A DNA stretch of 64,000 nucleotides from Candidatus Woesearchaeota archaeon (GTDB lineage Archaea > Nanobdellota > Nanobdellia > SCGC-AAA011-G17 > PNOQ01), in assembly GCA_964344555.1 (NCBI GenBank), contig CAYFNK010000003.1:9565-73564 (forward strand), given 5' to 3'. This document shows positions 41,543 to 52,294 of the stretch, piece after piece; the first letter of the stretch is position 1; each line of letters starts with the position of its first letter. Both the position numbers and the translations under genes were made by a program. Below the pieces are notes generated by a model. The model made no database searches. It was given only the letters and a program-made list of their open reading frames with translations, and was not told the DNA's origin.

Positions 41543-42463
41543 TTATTCCTCTAACCCTTTCTTTTTCAACTCTTCTTCTAATTCAAGTTTCTTAATTAAC
41601 TCTTTGTACCTATTTCTAATTGTAACTTCGGTAACACCTGCAACATCTGCAACTTCTCTTTGAGTTCTTTTCTCATTATTTATTAAAGCAGCTATGTAAA
41701 GACTTGCGGCTGCAATTCCAGTAGGCCCTCTCCCAGAAGTAAGCTCTGCTTCTTGAGCTTTTTCTAAAATTTCTACAGCATTACTTTGAGTTTCAGCATT
41801 TAGTTTTAATGCAGATGAAAATCTAGGTATGTAATCAATAGGATTACTTGGAAGTATTCTAATTTGTAATTCTCTTGTAACAAATCTGTAAGTTCTTCCT
41901 ATTTCTTTTTTATCTATTCCAGAAGCTTCAGAAATCTCGTCTAATGTTCTAGGGATTTCATGTCTCCTACAAGCAGCATATAGAGCTCCTGCAACTACAC
42001 TTTCCATTGATCTTCCTCTAACAAGTCCTCTTTGTACGGCTTGCCTATACACTTCAGAAGCATCTTCAACAACAGAATTTGGTAATTTTAAATAAGAACT
42101 AACTCTTTTAAGCTCCGCTAATGCAAGTTTAAGATTCCTTTCAATAGCAGTAGAAATTCTGTACTGCCATTTTTGTAATCTCATATATTTTCCTCTTTGT
42201 TTTCCTTCTAACTTGAATATATCTGAACCAGTTCCAATATTAGTACCTAATCCTTGATCAAATTTAGTGTTTGTTAAAGGTGCACCAGTTCTAGCTCTTT
42301 TAGCAGAAGAATCAGAATCAAACTCTCTCCATTCTTGACCGAAATCAACCATCTTTTCTTCGATGACTAATCCACAATCTTTACAGATTATTTCTCCTCT
42401 CTCATCTTTGAAAATTAAATTTATACTGCCACATTCAGGACATTTTTTAACATAATTCGCCAT
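41543..42463 (-). CDS. tfb: Transcription initiation factor IIB (TFB)
   Basis: 306 aa. N-terminal zinc ribbon CPECGS...CKDCG, B-finger, two cyclin folds. Confidence 0.9.
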   Translation of the reverse strand: MANYVKKCPECGSINLIFKDERGEIICKDCGLVIEEKMVDFGQEWREFDSDSSAKRARTGAPLTNTKFDQGLGTNIGTGSDIFKLEGKQRGKYMRLQKWQYRISTAIERNLKLALAELKRVSSYLKLPNSVVEDASEVYRQAVQRGLVRGRSMESVVAGALYAACRRHEIPRTLDEISEASGIDKKEIGRTYRFVTRELQIRILPSNPIDYIPRFSSALKLNAETQSNAVEILEKAQEAELTSGRGPTGIAAASLYIAALINNEKRTQREVADVAGVTEVTIRNRYKELIKKLELEEELKKKGLEE

Positions 42464-42485
42464 CTATTTCACCACCATCGGAAGG

Positions 42486-42500
42486 TATAATAAGATTTAT
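42486..42500 (-). promoter_or_regulatory. TATA box (TTTATATAAA), about 25-35 nt upstream of the tfb ATG
   Basis: Read directly. Typical archaeal short-leader promoter geometry. Confidence 0.3.
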
Positions 42501-42572
42501 ATAAAACTTTCATGATTTATTTATAAATCTTTCTATTTTAATAATTTTTAAAAAAAAATGTCGACGATAAAA

Positions 42573-42959
42573 TTATTTCTTCTCAATAAGAATTGCGTTC
42601 AAAGTGCCTTCTTGACCAGGCCTAGAAGTAATCTTAGCTTTACCAAGTTCAGTCTCTATAACTGTGCCTTTTGTTATAATTTTTCTTCTTACAAAGTGCC
42701 TATTAGCAGCATTTTCAATAACATTAGTAATTTTAACAATTTTACTTTTCTTTGTTTTAGGATCAACTAAATTTACTTTATCATTATACATAGTAACTTC
42801 TTTTTTCTTACCAGACATTCCTCTAAGTAGTTTAGTTTTTCTTTCACCAACTCTTGAAAAAGTAGGATCTCTTCCTAATTCAAACTGTTTTTTCTTCTTA
42901 AGATCAATATATCTAGAACCAGATATTTTTCTTTTAGATCTTGCCTGACTAACTGCCAT
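42573..42959 (-). CDS. rps8e: 30S ribosomal protein S8e
   Basis: MAVSQARSKRKISGSRY... is the S8e N-terminus. The start was chosen at the internal Met. Confidence 0.85.
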   Translation of the reverse strand: MAVSQARSKRKISGSRYIDLKKKKQFELGRDPTFSRVGERKTKLLRGMSGKKKEVTMYNDKVNLVDPKTKKSKIVKITNVIENAANRHFVRRKIITKGTVIETELGKAKITSRPGQEGTLNAILIEKK

Positions 42960-43086
42960 AACAAACTGCAGTGAACTGTTCATTTAAAAGTTTTATGTTT
43001 TTTAATCTATGACGGTAAAATTAGTATCGATAGTTTTTTAAATTGAATAATTCACCAAAAATTATATTTTGGGGGTGCAAAAAATA

Positions 43087-43314
43087 ATGACAGAAACAAG
43101 CAGACCATTAGATACATTGAATAGATCAAGAAACAAGAGAGTAATGCTTGAGTTGAAAAATGGAAAACAATTCGTTGGAAAATTAATATCATTTGATGTT
43201 CATATTAATACTGTTCTAGAAGAAGCCGAAGAAATGGAAAACGGTGAAGTTAAAAGAAAACTAGGAACAGTTTTTGTAAGAGGAGACACAATAATACTTA
43301 TTTTACCTGAATAA
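43087..43314 (+). CDS. Sm-like archaeal protein (LSm)
   Basis: [43 protein letters not shown]...[13 protein letters not shown], with Sm1 and Sm2 motifs. Confidence 0.8.
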   Translation: MTETSRPLDTLNRSRNKRVMLELKNGKQFVGKLISFDVHINTVLEEAEEMENGEVKRKLGTVFVRGDTIILILPE

Positions 43315-43316
43315 AA

Positions 43317-43484
43317 ATGGCAAAAGGAACGCCCTCTATGGGTAAGAAATCTGGTAAGAAGAATTTTATCAGATGTAGGAGGTGTGGAAATCCTTCTTAT
43401 CATGTAAGGAAGAAGAAATGTTCTGGTTGCGGATTCGGTAAAACTGCAAAAATGAGAATGTTTTCTTGGTTTTCTAAGAAATAA
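43317..43484 (+). CDS. rpl37e: 50S ribosomal protein L37e
   Basis: 55 aa: [40 protein letters not shown], the L37e C4 zinc finger. Classic LSm-L37e pair. Below the ORF-track cutoff. Confidence 0.8.
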   Translation: MAKGTPSMGKKSGKKNFIRCRRCGNPSYHVRKKKCSGCGFGKTAKMRMFSWFSKK

Positions 43485-43523
43485 TTAATTATTTAAACTG
43501 AATATTTCTGTAATTTTATTAAC

Positions 43524-43607
43524 GCGGGAGTGCCGGAGCGGTCAAACGGGCATGGCTTAGGACCATGTGGCTTAGTGCCTACGCAGGTTCGAACCCTGTC
43601 TCCCGCA
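43524..43607 (+). tRNA. tRNA-Leu (TAG)
   Basis: GCGGGAGTGCCGGAGCGG...CATGGCTTAGGACCATG + long variable arm + GGTTCGAACCC...TCCCGCA. Confidence 0.85.
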
Positions 43608-43616
43608 TATTTAATT

Positions 43617-46600
43617 TTAACAAGAACTCAAACAAGTTTCCCAATTGTCTTCTAAATAACTTATTCCTTCCTCTCTATTCATATTTTTTAAGGATCCAGA
43701 AGCTTCATTTACTGAATCTGCATACCAAAAAGAATAATAATTTTCATCATTAAGGATTTCCCAATTAGTCCAAAATCCAAACGCCTGTTCTAACCTTCTC
43801 TCCCATTTATTTGATCCATCCCCATCAAATCTAAATTGCACATCTTGGGCAAGAGCAGTACAATCAAAATTAGTACAATATTCTAAACTTATATCTTGTT
43901 GAGTTTCATTTCCAATTTCAAAATCATCTGAATCTCCAGAACTTGTTTCTTCAAAATCTTCATTTGATTCTTCTTCAACAGATTCTTCTTCTTCTTCAGT
44001 TTCAGATTCATATTTACAGGCCTCATAAATTTCATTAATTTCTATATTTTTATAATCTCCAGAGTACTTTTTTTCACCAAGATAGTAAACAAAGAGTTCA
44101 TCTTCATATGCAGGACCTTTTAAAACCAAGATCATTTCCCTTATTCCTTTTTCAAATTTCAAAGACCTATCTATCGATTCTTCATTTATTGAGATTAATC
44201 CTTCGCATAAGTCTGTTATTGCTTCATCCATTTCACTTAAAAAATTGCACTTCTTTTGAGTTATTTCTCTAAATTTATAGAAATGTTCTAATCTTACACC
44301 ATCTCCTTCCGCAAGTAAGGTTTCACTAGTCTTAATTGTCCATAAATTCTTTTCAGCATTGAATCTGAATAGCCAATTAATATCAAAACCATCTTCCTCA
44401 TATTCCATTATACAATTCATTGGCCTATCTTCCCCATCACACGAGGTTAAAACATCTTCATAACTAATATGTATGTGTTCATCATCCCCCTTCAAGTCTT
44501 TCTTCTTAACTATAATATAATCGTCATTTCCTTCATGATCTTCTCCAGACCTAGGGTCATAATTTGAATATTCTATAATTCTTTTAAGTCCATTCGAAAA
44601 ACTAGACTTTCTACCCCCGTCTCTCAAATCACTTATCAATCTAGAGTATATATCTTCTAAAAAGTTACCAGTTCTGTTATCAATATCTTTATAGTTTTTA
44701 TCATATTTTTCCTTCCATTTCCATTCATTACCTATGAACTTAAACATAATATTAACAATCCTATTTTTGGAGTCTTCTTCATATTCTATTTCACAAAGAG
44801 TATCGGGATCTTCTTCATCAGTGATTATAGTTCCATCTTCATCAGTAATAGTTACATTATCAATATCAACTTTTTCTTCCACAGGATAGAAAACATAAGT
44901 ATCTCCAATTACATAATATGCGTCATATTTTGGACCATTAGATTCAGAGAATTCAATAACATCTCTTAATTCAAGTATCCCAAGCTTAACCTCCAATTCA
45001 TCAACTTCATCTTGGCTAACTTGTAGGTCATACTTTTCAATTATCTCTTGAATTAGTTTATTTGCATCTTCTTCATTTTTCTTTATTAAATTAATTGCTT
45101 CTAAAATTTCACTATTTAAGTAATTACTGACCACATCTTTAGAATCTTCACCATGTAAATTCAAACTATCTCTATCCAAATAACAATCTCCTTGCCAAAG
45201 CCCATATTCGTCTTCTCCACAAGTTCCAACTTTTACCCACTTTTCACCACTTCCATCAGGGTCTCCAGTATTGGAACATCTCCTAATCACTCCAGTTTGT
45301 AATAATCCAACTTCAGAAGAAGTAGGGATGCTTCCTAGATTAGGAGTAGTTCTAGGATATTCTGGAACACAATCGCTAGTTCCATTAATATCTCTCTGAG
45401 CCTCAGATTTAACAAGTTCGTCATTCAAGTAATTAACACTAAATGCACTAGTAACTTTTCCAAAATTACAATGAGGAACTCCGTCAAGATCCACACATAG
45501 TTCATCAAATCCAGGCTTGGCAACAAGAGTGAAACTCTTATCAACATACTCTCCAGCCTTCAAGAATCTAGCTCCAGCAAAAACAACATTGCTGTCAAGT
45601 GCACTCTGTATCTCTCCAAGAGAATTCTTCAAATAAACATTATATCTAACATCTCTATCTCTTCCAGAATAAATATGATAATAAACTCTGTATACTGATT
45701 TTCCTCCTTCTACATTAGTATATTCTAATTCATCAACCCATGCAGTAAACTGAGGAGGGCTTGTAGGGTCAGTTATTTGACTTAAGAAATCTCCACCAGT
45801 AGGAACTTTTCCACGAATTGCAGCCTTACAGATTTGTGAACCAAACTCTTCACTACTTCTTTGATTAAATGCAGAAAACGAACTTGTTGCATATTCATTT
45901 GCAAAGTAATCTACACTATCTCCAAGGTTATTGAAAGCATCCTTGAAATTAGTAGGGGCATATGCATCTCCTCCATCAAATCTATTGCTAATTGCCCCAA
46001 CGACTAAATCACTAATCTTTCCAACTGCATCAGTAAGAGCTAAAGCTTCTCTCCATAACATTTCACAAGCATAAATTCCAGTTATTTCATTACAAACTCC
46101 AACATATTCTCCGCCAGTTTTTGCTTTTTGTAAACAATCTTGATATCCTAGATATCCGGTTCTTATGTTATCCAGTCCAGCATGAACTCCAGTTAAACAA
46201 ATAGGTGGAACCCACATATCTCCTCCAAGAGCTACAGAGTTAGGAATTCCTAACATTACACTACCAATTATACCTGTAGAAATAACATCGCTAACTTGCC
46301 ACTTTCCTCCAAGATCAAATCTAGATGCAGGACACATTACAGGATCACAAACATTGAATAAAATCTGACAATCTTTTGCACTCATATAAGATTGACAACT
46401 CCCTCCAGCAAGAGCCTTATCAACTGCATTTTGGAAAGTCTTCATAACAAATTTATTTCCATCTAGATTTACTGTACTTCCTCCTTTGTAATCCTTTTCT
46501 AATGCTTTTTGATCTAGTCTCTTGTAGTATCTTTCCAATTCTTCATGCCTCAATGGATAAAAATCCTCAAACTCATTTTTATTCAATACAACTAAATCAT

Positions 46601-49600
46601 CATTAAGAGTTTCATAAACATTGTAATCAATTAATCCATCAGAACCAACATTAACTATAGAAAATCCTTCAACCTCTCCAAACTGATCAAAATGAGTTAT
46701 AACATAATTCGCATGGTCGCTATACTTGAAGATTCCTGATCGCGCATAGGGATAAGAGAATATCCACAATTTATTATCTTTTAAAGAAATACTAGGGTTT
46801 TCACTAAACTCCTTATTGTATTCTCCTACTTCAACGGTTCTTACAGCATAAATCGTTCCATTTGTATCATTATAGAACGTATCTCCTTTCACAGTTAGAG
46901 GACTTCCCTCTTCATAATCTATACTTTCAACTTTTATTTTTTCTCCACCTGCATAGACATAATGCTCTTCATTTTCTTCTAGCACTTTATCTTTTCTTAT
47001 TGCTTCTTTTCCGGCAGGTAACACATTTTCCTTTAAGAATTCAATTCTGAAATCATCTCCTTCATAGTCACTAGCAGTAGATTTCTCTTCTTCTTCAAAT
47101 ACAGAGGAGATTATCTCACTAACTTTTTCTTTAAACTTAGTATCATTTTTGTCTAGTTCATTAATTTTATTTGCTATCAATTCATAATCATCTTTCTTTG
47201 AAACATCAAACAAAGACTGTTTTTTTATTGCATATGCTTCAAGATCCGTTTCTTTTAACAACAAAAGCTCAGATATATCTTCCGCAGAAACATCTCCAGT
47301 AAATTCATTAGTTTTTAATTGAGAATCTAATAATTCTTTTTCAGTTCTATTTAACAAACTATTTTTTATATACTCTACGGATTCATTGTTTCCAAATTTT
47401 TTTTTGTCAAAAGTTTTAAAAAATCTTTTCTGATTTTGTATTCCTTTATCATATTTTTCGATATAATCTCCTATATCCTCTTTTTCTAACTCTTTATGTT
47501 TCAAACAATTATTTACTTTTTCTTGTATGTCCTTTCCTTCATATCTGTCAGTTTCTTCAGATAATTCGCCAGCACAAACTTCAGTATAATGTTTAATGGC
47601 TGCCTTTCTTGGCTGAATTGTTTTAAGATTTTTCAAAACCAATGCAGAATAAGTTGCTATACATGTTGTTTTCCAGCCTTTGATTAATTTACCCATGCTA
47701 TCAAGAACCTTATCCATTTTCTCAATGGTACTTGCAGTCTTCTCTATTTTCTTATCAATCTCTTCAGGAGTCCATTGTATCAATCTTTTTTCTACAGGCA
47801 AACTTATTGTAAAATCAGAAGAGCCGTACGCCAAACCAGAACCAGGTAATATACTAATTATGGCAGCTTTTTCAAAATTAATTCTTTGAACTTTTATTTT
47901 TGTGTCACCTACATAATTAATTCCAACTGTCAATTCTTTGTCTTCTTCAATATTACTTGGTGAAGTTTTAACTACAACTTTTTCCTTACTTATGCTCTTA
48001 ACTTTCCAGTCATAATCTCTTCCGCCAGGACCTTCAACATCTTTAACTAAAGTATCTCCTATAACATATCTTTTTTCACCAGAAGAAATAGCAATAGTTT
48101 CAAAATCTTCATATTTACTTTTTTTACTATTTACTTTTTCAACATAATCTACATCTGCACCAGATTCACAACCCCAGCCATTATAGGCCCTAATTGCAGC
48201 ATCCCATTCCTTATACTCTCCATATTTTGAATAAGAAGAAATACAATTATTTACGAGTTGTTTGAAATCCCCAATTGAATATTCCTGACTAGATGTAACT
48301 CCGTTCTTATATGAATTATATTTTTGTTTCAATAATTTTGCACCACAGTCAATATTATTATTTACATCTAAGATCTCATTTTCAGTATAGCCACAATCTT
48401 CCCAAGAAACTATTTGCATAACTCCTATTGCTCCAGAACTACTTTTAGTAATGTCATTTTCACCACATTCAAAACTTCCATCTTTACAATGTTTAAAATT
48501 ACTTTCCTGTTCAGCAATAGCTAATAATATATCAATTGGAATATTCCTTGATTCTGATTCTAGCGCAATCAAATTTTGTAGTTCATCTTCTCCACTAATC
48601 TGTTGTTGAGGTTCTTCTCCCTCAATTATTGCAGTAAAATAAGTCTCTTCATGAATTTCTTCAATATCGCTTAAGAAAATAGTTACATCATCTATAAATA
48701 CAGAAGGAATATCTATTTTATCCCTTAAAGATATAATTTTATCTAATACATAGGGCTTATCTGCCAGATATTCTTCACTAATTTTCTCATAATATTCTAA
48801 TCTAATTTTATGTGCTCCAAGTTCTTCATAGGCCTCTGCAATTCTGAGATATGCTTCGTCTCTATCTTTAACATTCTCTGCATAATCCAGAGATAATTTA
48901 TAATCTACAATTCCACTACAAACTAATTGAGTTTTTGTAGCAGTTTCTAGTTCTTCAATCAGAAAGTCTTCATCTAAATGAGGAATATTTTCACAAGGAT
49001 CTTCCAGAACTACAGATTTACTTCCGGAAAGTTCAACTTTATCTCCCTCTTCACTTTCAAAAATTATACTATCAAAAGTTATTTCTTTAACAACCCATGA
49101 ACTACCTATAAAGGGCTTCATTCCCTTAACAACAGTAGTCCTAACAACCTCTCCTTCTTTTTCGACAATTAGTTTTGCATTTGTTTGAGGAGTAAGAACA
49201 TCCTTAAGTTTGACTCTCATCTGATTTGCAAATAAACTAGGTGCTCCCCTAAGATGCGTTTGATATTCTTTTCCTTCTTTTAATTCAAAATTAGATATAG
49301 TTTGTAAGGAACCATCATAAAGTTCAATTTTTGCACTATTCTTATCAATGTCTAATATTCTCACATATCCCCTATTTGACCAGAATGCCCCACTAGTAGG
49401 ATCTCTCAAGAATGAACCTTCTTCTTCAGGATACAAGAAAAGATCCTGTTGACCAAAAAGTCCAAATTTAGAAACTCCATCAAATCTAAATTTAGCGGTA
49501 ACATCAAGTTCAATTTCTTCAGGAATGTCCTCTTCCCTTTCCATCTTCCTAAGATTAACTATGAGATACCCAAGATCTACTTCACCTTTAGAATTAACTC

Positions 49601-49937
49601 TTATTTTATTCCCCCTAGGGAATATTGGATTATTTATTCTGGCAAACTCATGGCCTTCTTTAAGTTGAACAGTAAAACTTTTTATCCCTATTCCTCCAAA
49701 GAAAGGAGCAATATCAGGAGAATCTTCTCCAAATAATAAAGAACCTAAGGTAAATCCTCTAAGGAATACTGTAACCGGAAAATCTCTTGCCTTAAGATAG
49801 TCGGAACTTATACTCATTGGCTCAACGTGATCTACGGATACAGTTATAACTTCTCCAAGATTATTTGGGTCTTCAGCAGAATAAGTAGAACTAACTAATA
49901 AGATCATACAAATCACCAATATCCCGCCCTTTTTCAT
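43617..49937 (-). CDS. Giant secreted protein (2106 aa) containing a lytic transglycosylase (SLT, GH23-like) domain
   Basis: Signal peptide MKKGGILVICMILLVSSTYSA. SLT motifs LLAIAEQESNF...GAIGVMQIV...AYNGWG. A later Cys-rich/hydrophobic region and acidic C-terminal repeats. Confidence 0.8.
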   Translation of the reverse strand: MKKGGILVICMILLVSSTYSAEDPNNLGEVITVSVDHVEPMSISSDYLKARDFPVTVFLRGFTLGSLLFGEDSPDIAPFFGGIGIKSFTVQLKEGHEFARINNPIFPRGNKIRVNSKGEVDLGYLIVNLRKMEREEDIPEEIELDVTAKFRFDGVSKFGLFGQQDLFLYPEEEGSFLRDPTSGAFWSNRGYVRILDIDKNSAKIELYDGSLQTISNFELKEGKEYQTHLRGAPSLFANQMRVKLKDVLTPQTNAKLIVEKEGEVVRTTVVKGMKPFIGSSWVVKEITFDSIIFESEEGDKVELSGSKSVVLEDPCENIPHLDEDFLIEELETATKTQLVCSGIVDYKLSLDYAENVKDRDEAYLRIAEAYEELGAHKIRLEYYEKISEEYLADKPYVLDKIISLRDKIDIPSVFIDDVTIFLSDIEEIHEETYFTAIIEGEEPQQQISGEDELQNLIALESESRNIPIDILLAIAEQESNFKHCKDGSFECGENDITKSSSGAIGVMQIVSWEDCGYTENEILDVNNNIDCGAKLLKQKYNSYKNGVTSSQEYSIGDFKQLVNNCISSYSKYGEYKEWDAAIRAYNGWGCESGADVDYVEKVNSKKSKYEDFETIAISSGEKRYVIGDTLVKDVEGPGGRDYDWKVKSISKEKVVVKTSPSNIEEDKELTVGINYVGDTKIKVQRINFEKAAIISILPGSGLAYGSSDFTISLPVEKRLIQWTPEEIDKKIEKTASTIEKMDKVLDSMGKLIKGWKTTCIATYSALVLKNLKTIQPRKAAIKHYTEVCAGELSEETDRYEGKDIQEKVNNCLKHKELEKEDIGDYIEKYDKGIQNQKRFFKTFDKKKFGNNESVEYIKNSLLNRTEKELLDSQLKTNEFTGDVSAEDISELLLLKETDLEAYAIKKQSLFDVSKKDDYELIANKINELDKNDTKFKEKVSEIISSVFEEEEKSTASDYEGDDFRIEFLKENVLPAGKEAIRKDKVLEENEEHYVYAGGEKIKVESIDYEEGSPLTVKGDTFYNDTNGTIYAVRTVEVGEYNKEFSENPSISLKDNKLWIFSYPYARSGIFKYSDHANYVITHFDQFGEVEGFSIVNVGSDGLIDYNVYETLNDDLVVLNKNEFEDFYPLRHEELERYYKRLDQKALEKDYKGGSTVNLDGNKFVMKTFQNAVDKALAGGSCQSYMSAKDCQILFNVCDPVMCPASRFDLGGKWQVSDVISTGIIGSVMLGIPNSVALGGDMWVPPICLTGVHAGLDNIRTGYLGYQDCLQKAKTGGEYVGVCNEITGIYACEMLWREALALTDAVGKISDLVVGAISNRFDGGDAYAPTNFKDAFNNLGDSVDYFANEYATSSFSAFNQRSSEEFGSQICKAAIRGKVPTGGDFLSQITDPTSPPQFTAWVDELEYTNVEGGKSVYRVYYHIYSGRDRDVRYNVYLKNSLGEIQSALDSNVVFAGARFLKAGEYVDKSFTLVAKPGFDELCVDLDGVPHCNFGKVTSAFSVNYLNDELVKSEAQRDINGTSDCVPEYPRTTPNLGSIPTSSEVGLLQTGVIRRCSNTGDPDGSGEKWVKVGTCGEDEYGLWQGDCYLDRDSLNLHGEDSKDVVSNYLNSEILEAINLIKKNEEDANKLIQEIIEKYDLQVSQDEVDELEVKLGILELRDVIEFSESNGPKYDAYYVIGDTYVFYPVEEKVDIDNVTITDEDGTIITDEEDPDTLCEIEYEEDSKNRIVNIMFKFIGNEWKWKEKYDKNYKDIDNRTGNFLEDIYSRLISDLRDGGRKSSFSNGLKRIIEYSNYDPRSGEDHEGNDDYIIVKKKDLKGDDEHIHISYEDVLTSCDGEDRPMNCIMEYEEDGFDINWLFRFNAEKNLWTIKTSETLLAEGDGVRLEHFYKFREITQKKCNFLSEMDEAITDLCEGLISINEESIDRSLKFEKGIREMILVLKGPAYEDELFVYYLGEKKYSGDYKNIEINEIYEACKYESETEEEEESVEEESNEDFEETSSGDSDDFEIGNETQQDISLEYCTNFDCTALAQDVQFRFDGDGSNKWERRLEQAFGFWTNWEILNDENYYSFWYADSVNEASGSLKNMNREEGISYLEDNWETCLSSC

Positions 49938-51907
49938 GATAATTCTGGCTCCCTATAGTTACTGTTTAGATGGTTTAGTCCAATATTATTAAATATACTT
50001 GTTAAGTCACCAACATTTTCAGGAAGTTCGCCAACCATGCCATATAATTTCAAATTACTATAGGTTCTTACTTCCGGAACATTCCATTCGAATTCTGCTC
50101 CCCCAATAATCACATTTTCAATTTCAAATTCATCAAATTCTACTTCAAAACATTTCTCTTCCTTAAAGAATAATCCAAGAACTCCTTCTTTAGGAACTTC
50201 AACACATTCTGTTTGAACATTTCCTCCAGTTTCAACATCAAAGTCAGGATTACCATAAACATAAGATGTAACTGTATAATATCCAGGAATCAAGTTAATA
50301 GTATCATCTTCCTCAGTAACTACTGCCATATACTCGTTGTCTATATTCCTAAATTGGAAGGTAACGTGTTGATCTTCTTCAAGTTCTTGAACGTTACCAG
50401 AACCAAGATTTAGAATTCTAATGTCTAAGCCCAATTCAGTGTAAGGATAAGGTTTAGTAACTATCAATTCTTCTTCATTAGTTGAAAACATATCGCTGTA
50501 AGGATAATATCCTTCTTTTTGGGCAACTATTTCTCCATTAAAACATGCTGGAGCCATCCCTTCAAAAATCCCATTAGAATCGGTTTTACCAAGATAACAA
50601 GTAGTAACTGAACATTGATAAGATATATCTGCTCCAGAAATTGGAGAAAGAGTTTCATAATCATATGATTCAACAGTAACACCAACCGAAGGGAAGTTAC
50701 ATATGTTTTCTTTCATTTCAAGGCTTTCACCATAATTAGCAAATTCAGATTCAGATATTTTTGGTTGATTATTTTTAACAATTACCATATTTGCAAACTG
50801 GAAAACGTAACCAGATTCATCCATCAAACTAATAAGAGTAGGATATTTTATATCATAAACAAAATTGTAATTATTTATACAAAAGAATAAATTTAACATT
50901 CTATTTACCGTAGGATTGCTTTGACCTAAGGAATCACTAAATAAAAAGTCTCCTTGAGAAGGAGTTACTTCCATCGCAAAAGGCCAGTTGTTGCTGTATA
51001 GGAAATTTGATGTAACTCCTCCCGGAGACCTAACGTCAATTGAGAAATAATCATGAGGATCATCTGTAAAAACATAGTCTTCACCAGTCAATCTAAGTGC
51101 TCCAATATTAGTGCTAGCTATTTGTTTAAAATTCTCTTTTACTTCTTGTTTACTCCAAGTTCTTCTTCCACAATCAAGTTCAAGATCATTATATGGGATT
51201 TCTTCATAAGTAGCCATCATATCAATAGTATATTCTTCAAGGAAATTTTCTTCTGTCTCTTCAGATAATATCGCCTTAGACAAATCATAAAACTTTCCTA
51301 AAGGAATATCTAATTTCAAAGCATAATTTTCAACTTCCTTGGATACTTCATTCAAGGAAATAGTAGTTGGGGCGTCAACTGTCACTTCAATATGATTAGT
51401 TTCAACATTAACACTAGAAAAAGTATAAGTTGGTAAAACAATCTCAAAACCTTCATTTTCATAAAATCCTAAATCTTCATAACAATCCTGAAAGTTTGAA
51501 TCAATATAATCTGCAAGTTCAAGTTCCATTTCATCCAAATTTGGAATCTGTTCCTGTTGAATTCCGTTTGCAGATTCATAAAACCAATAAGCGACATCTG
51601 AACCAGGATATAATTCTAAAGAATTCGAAAATGGATTTGTTATGGATCTAGGAAGTATGTCTTCAGGAATGTCTAGATAACCTCCTCTTGCGCTAAGAGT
51701 ATACACAGCGCCTGTAGCAATTTCAGTTAGACAATCGTCAATAAATGATTTTACAGGAACTAGTTCTTGAGGTACAACTCCTCTTTCTAATTGTTTTTCA
51801 AAGTCCGATTTAAAGAATCCAAATCTTATAGCAGCTAAAGATCCAAAAACGACTAAGATTACTATACCTAACGCTATAACTATTGTTATCTGGCCTCTTT
51901 TTTGCAT
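49934..51907 (-). CDS. Membrane-anchored extracellular protein with pilin-like (class III) N-terminal signal, hypothetical
   Basis: 657 aa. MQKRGQITIVIALGIVILVVFGSLAA resembles archaeal prepilin signals (KG/RG then Q plus a hydrophobic helix). Overlaps the start of the SLT giant gene by 4 nt, so it is likely operonic. Confidence 0.6.
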   Translation of the reverse strand: MQKRGQITIVIALGIVILVVFGSLAAIRFGFFKSDFEKQLERGVVPQELVPVKSFIDDCLTEIATGAVYTLSARGGYLDIPEDILPRSITNPFSNSLELYPGSDVAYWFYESANGIQQEQIPNLDEMELELADYIDSNFQDCYEDLGFYENEGFEIVLPTYTFSSVNVETNHIEVTVDAPTTISLNEVSKEVENYALKLDIPLGKFYDLSKAILSEETEENFLEEYTIDMMATYEEIPYNDLELDCGRRTWSKQEVKENFKQIASTNIGALRLTGEDYVFTDDPHDYFSIDVRSPGGVTSNFLYSNNWPFAMEVTPSQGDFLFSDSLGQSNPTVNRMLNLFFCINNYNFVYDIKYPTLISLMDESGYVFQFANMVIVKNNQPKISESEFANYGESLEMKENICNFPSVGVTVESYDYETLSPISGADISYQCSVTTCYLGKTDSNGIFEGMAPACFNGEIVAQKEGYYPYSDMFSTNEEELIVTKPYPYTELGLDIRILNLGSGNVQELEEDQHVTFQFRNIDNEYMAVVTEEDDTINLIPGYYTVTSYVYGNPDFDVETGGNVQTECVEVPKEGVLGLFFKEEKCFEVEFDEFEIENVIIGGAEFEWNVPEVRTYSNLKLYGMVGELPENVGDLTSIFNNIGLNHLNSNYREPELS

Positions 51908-51991
51908 GAGAAGAAACTCGTCTTGTTGATATTTAAATGTTTTGCAATATGTACATTGTAACGTTAAAGGGAGTTATTTAACTCAAAAAAA

Positions 51992-52147
51992 TTATTTCTT
52001 CTTAACCTTTCTTTTTCTCGGTTTATTCCAATAGGGGCTTTTACATTTTGGGCAAACAGATGGCTCTTCATCACTTCCACGAGGAACCCATTTATGTCCA
52101 CATCTTTCACATTGGAAACCTTCAACTTCTATTTTTACTCTTGCCAT
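51992..52147 (-). CDS. small zinc-ribbon protein, hypothetical (51 aa)
   Basis: MARVKIEVEGFQCERCGHKWVPRGSDEEPSVCPKCKSPYWNKPRKRKVKKK: C-x2-C...C-x2-C and a basic tail. Below the ORF-track cutoff. Confidence 0.4.
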   Translation of the reverse strand: MARVKIEVEGFQCERCGHKWVPRGSDEEPSVCPKCKSPYWNKPRKRKVKKK

Positions 52148-52294
52148 TAAGAAATATATGATTAACTAGTATATAAATATTTAGTATATTCTCTACTCTA
52201 GAAAAGTTTAAATAGTTAATATACTTAACTGGTATATTATTAACTAATAATATAAGAGAGACTCCGAAGAGTCCCTCAGATTCCACTCGCTAAA

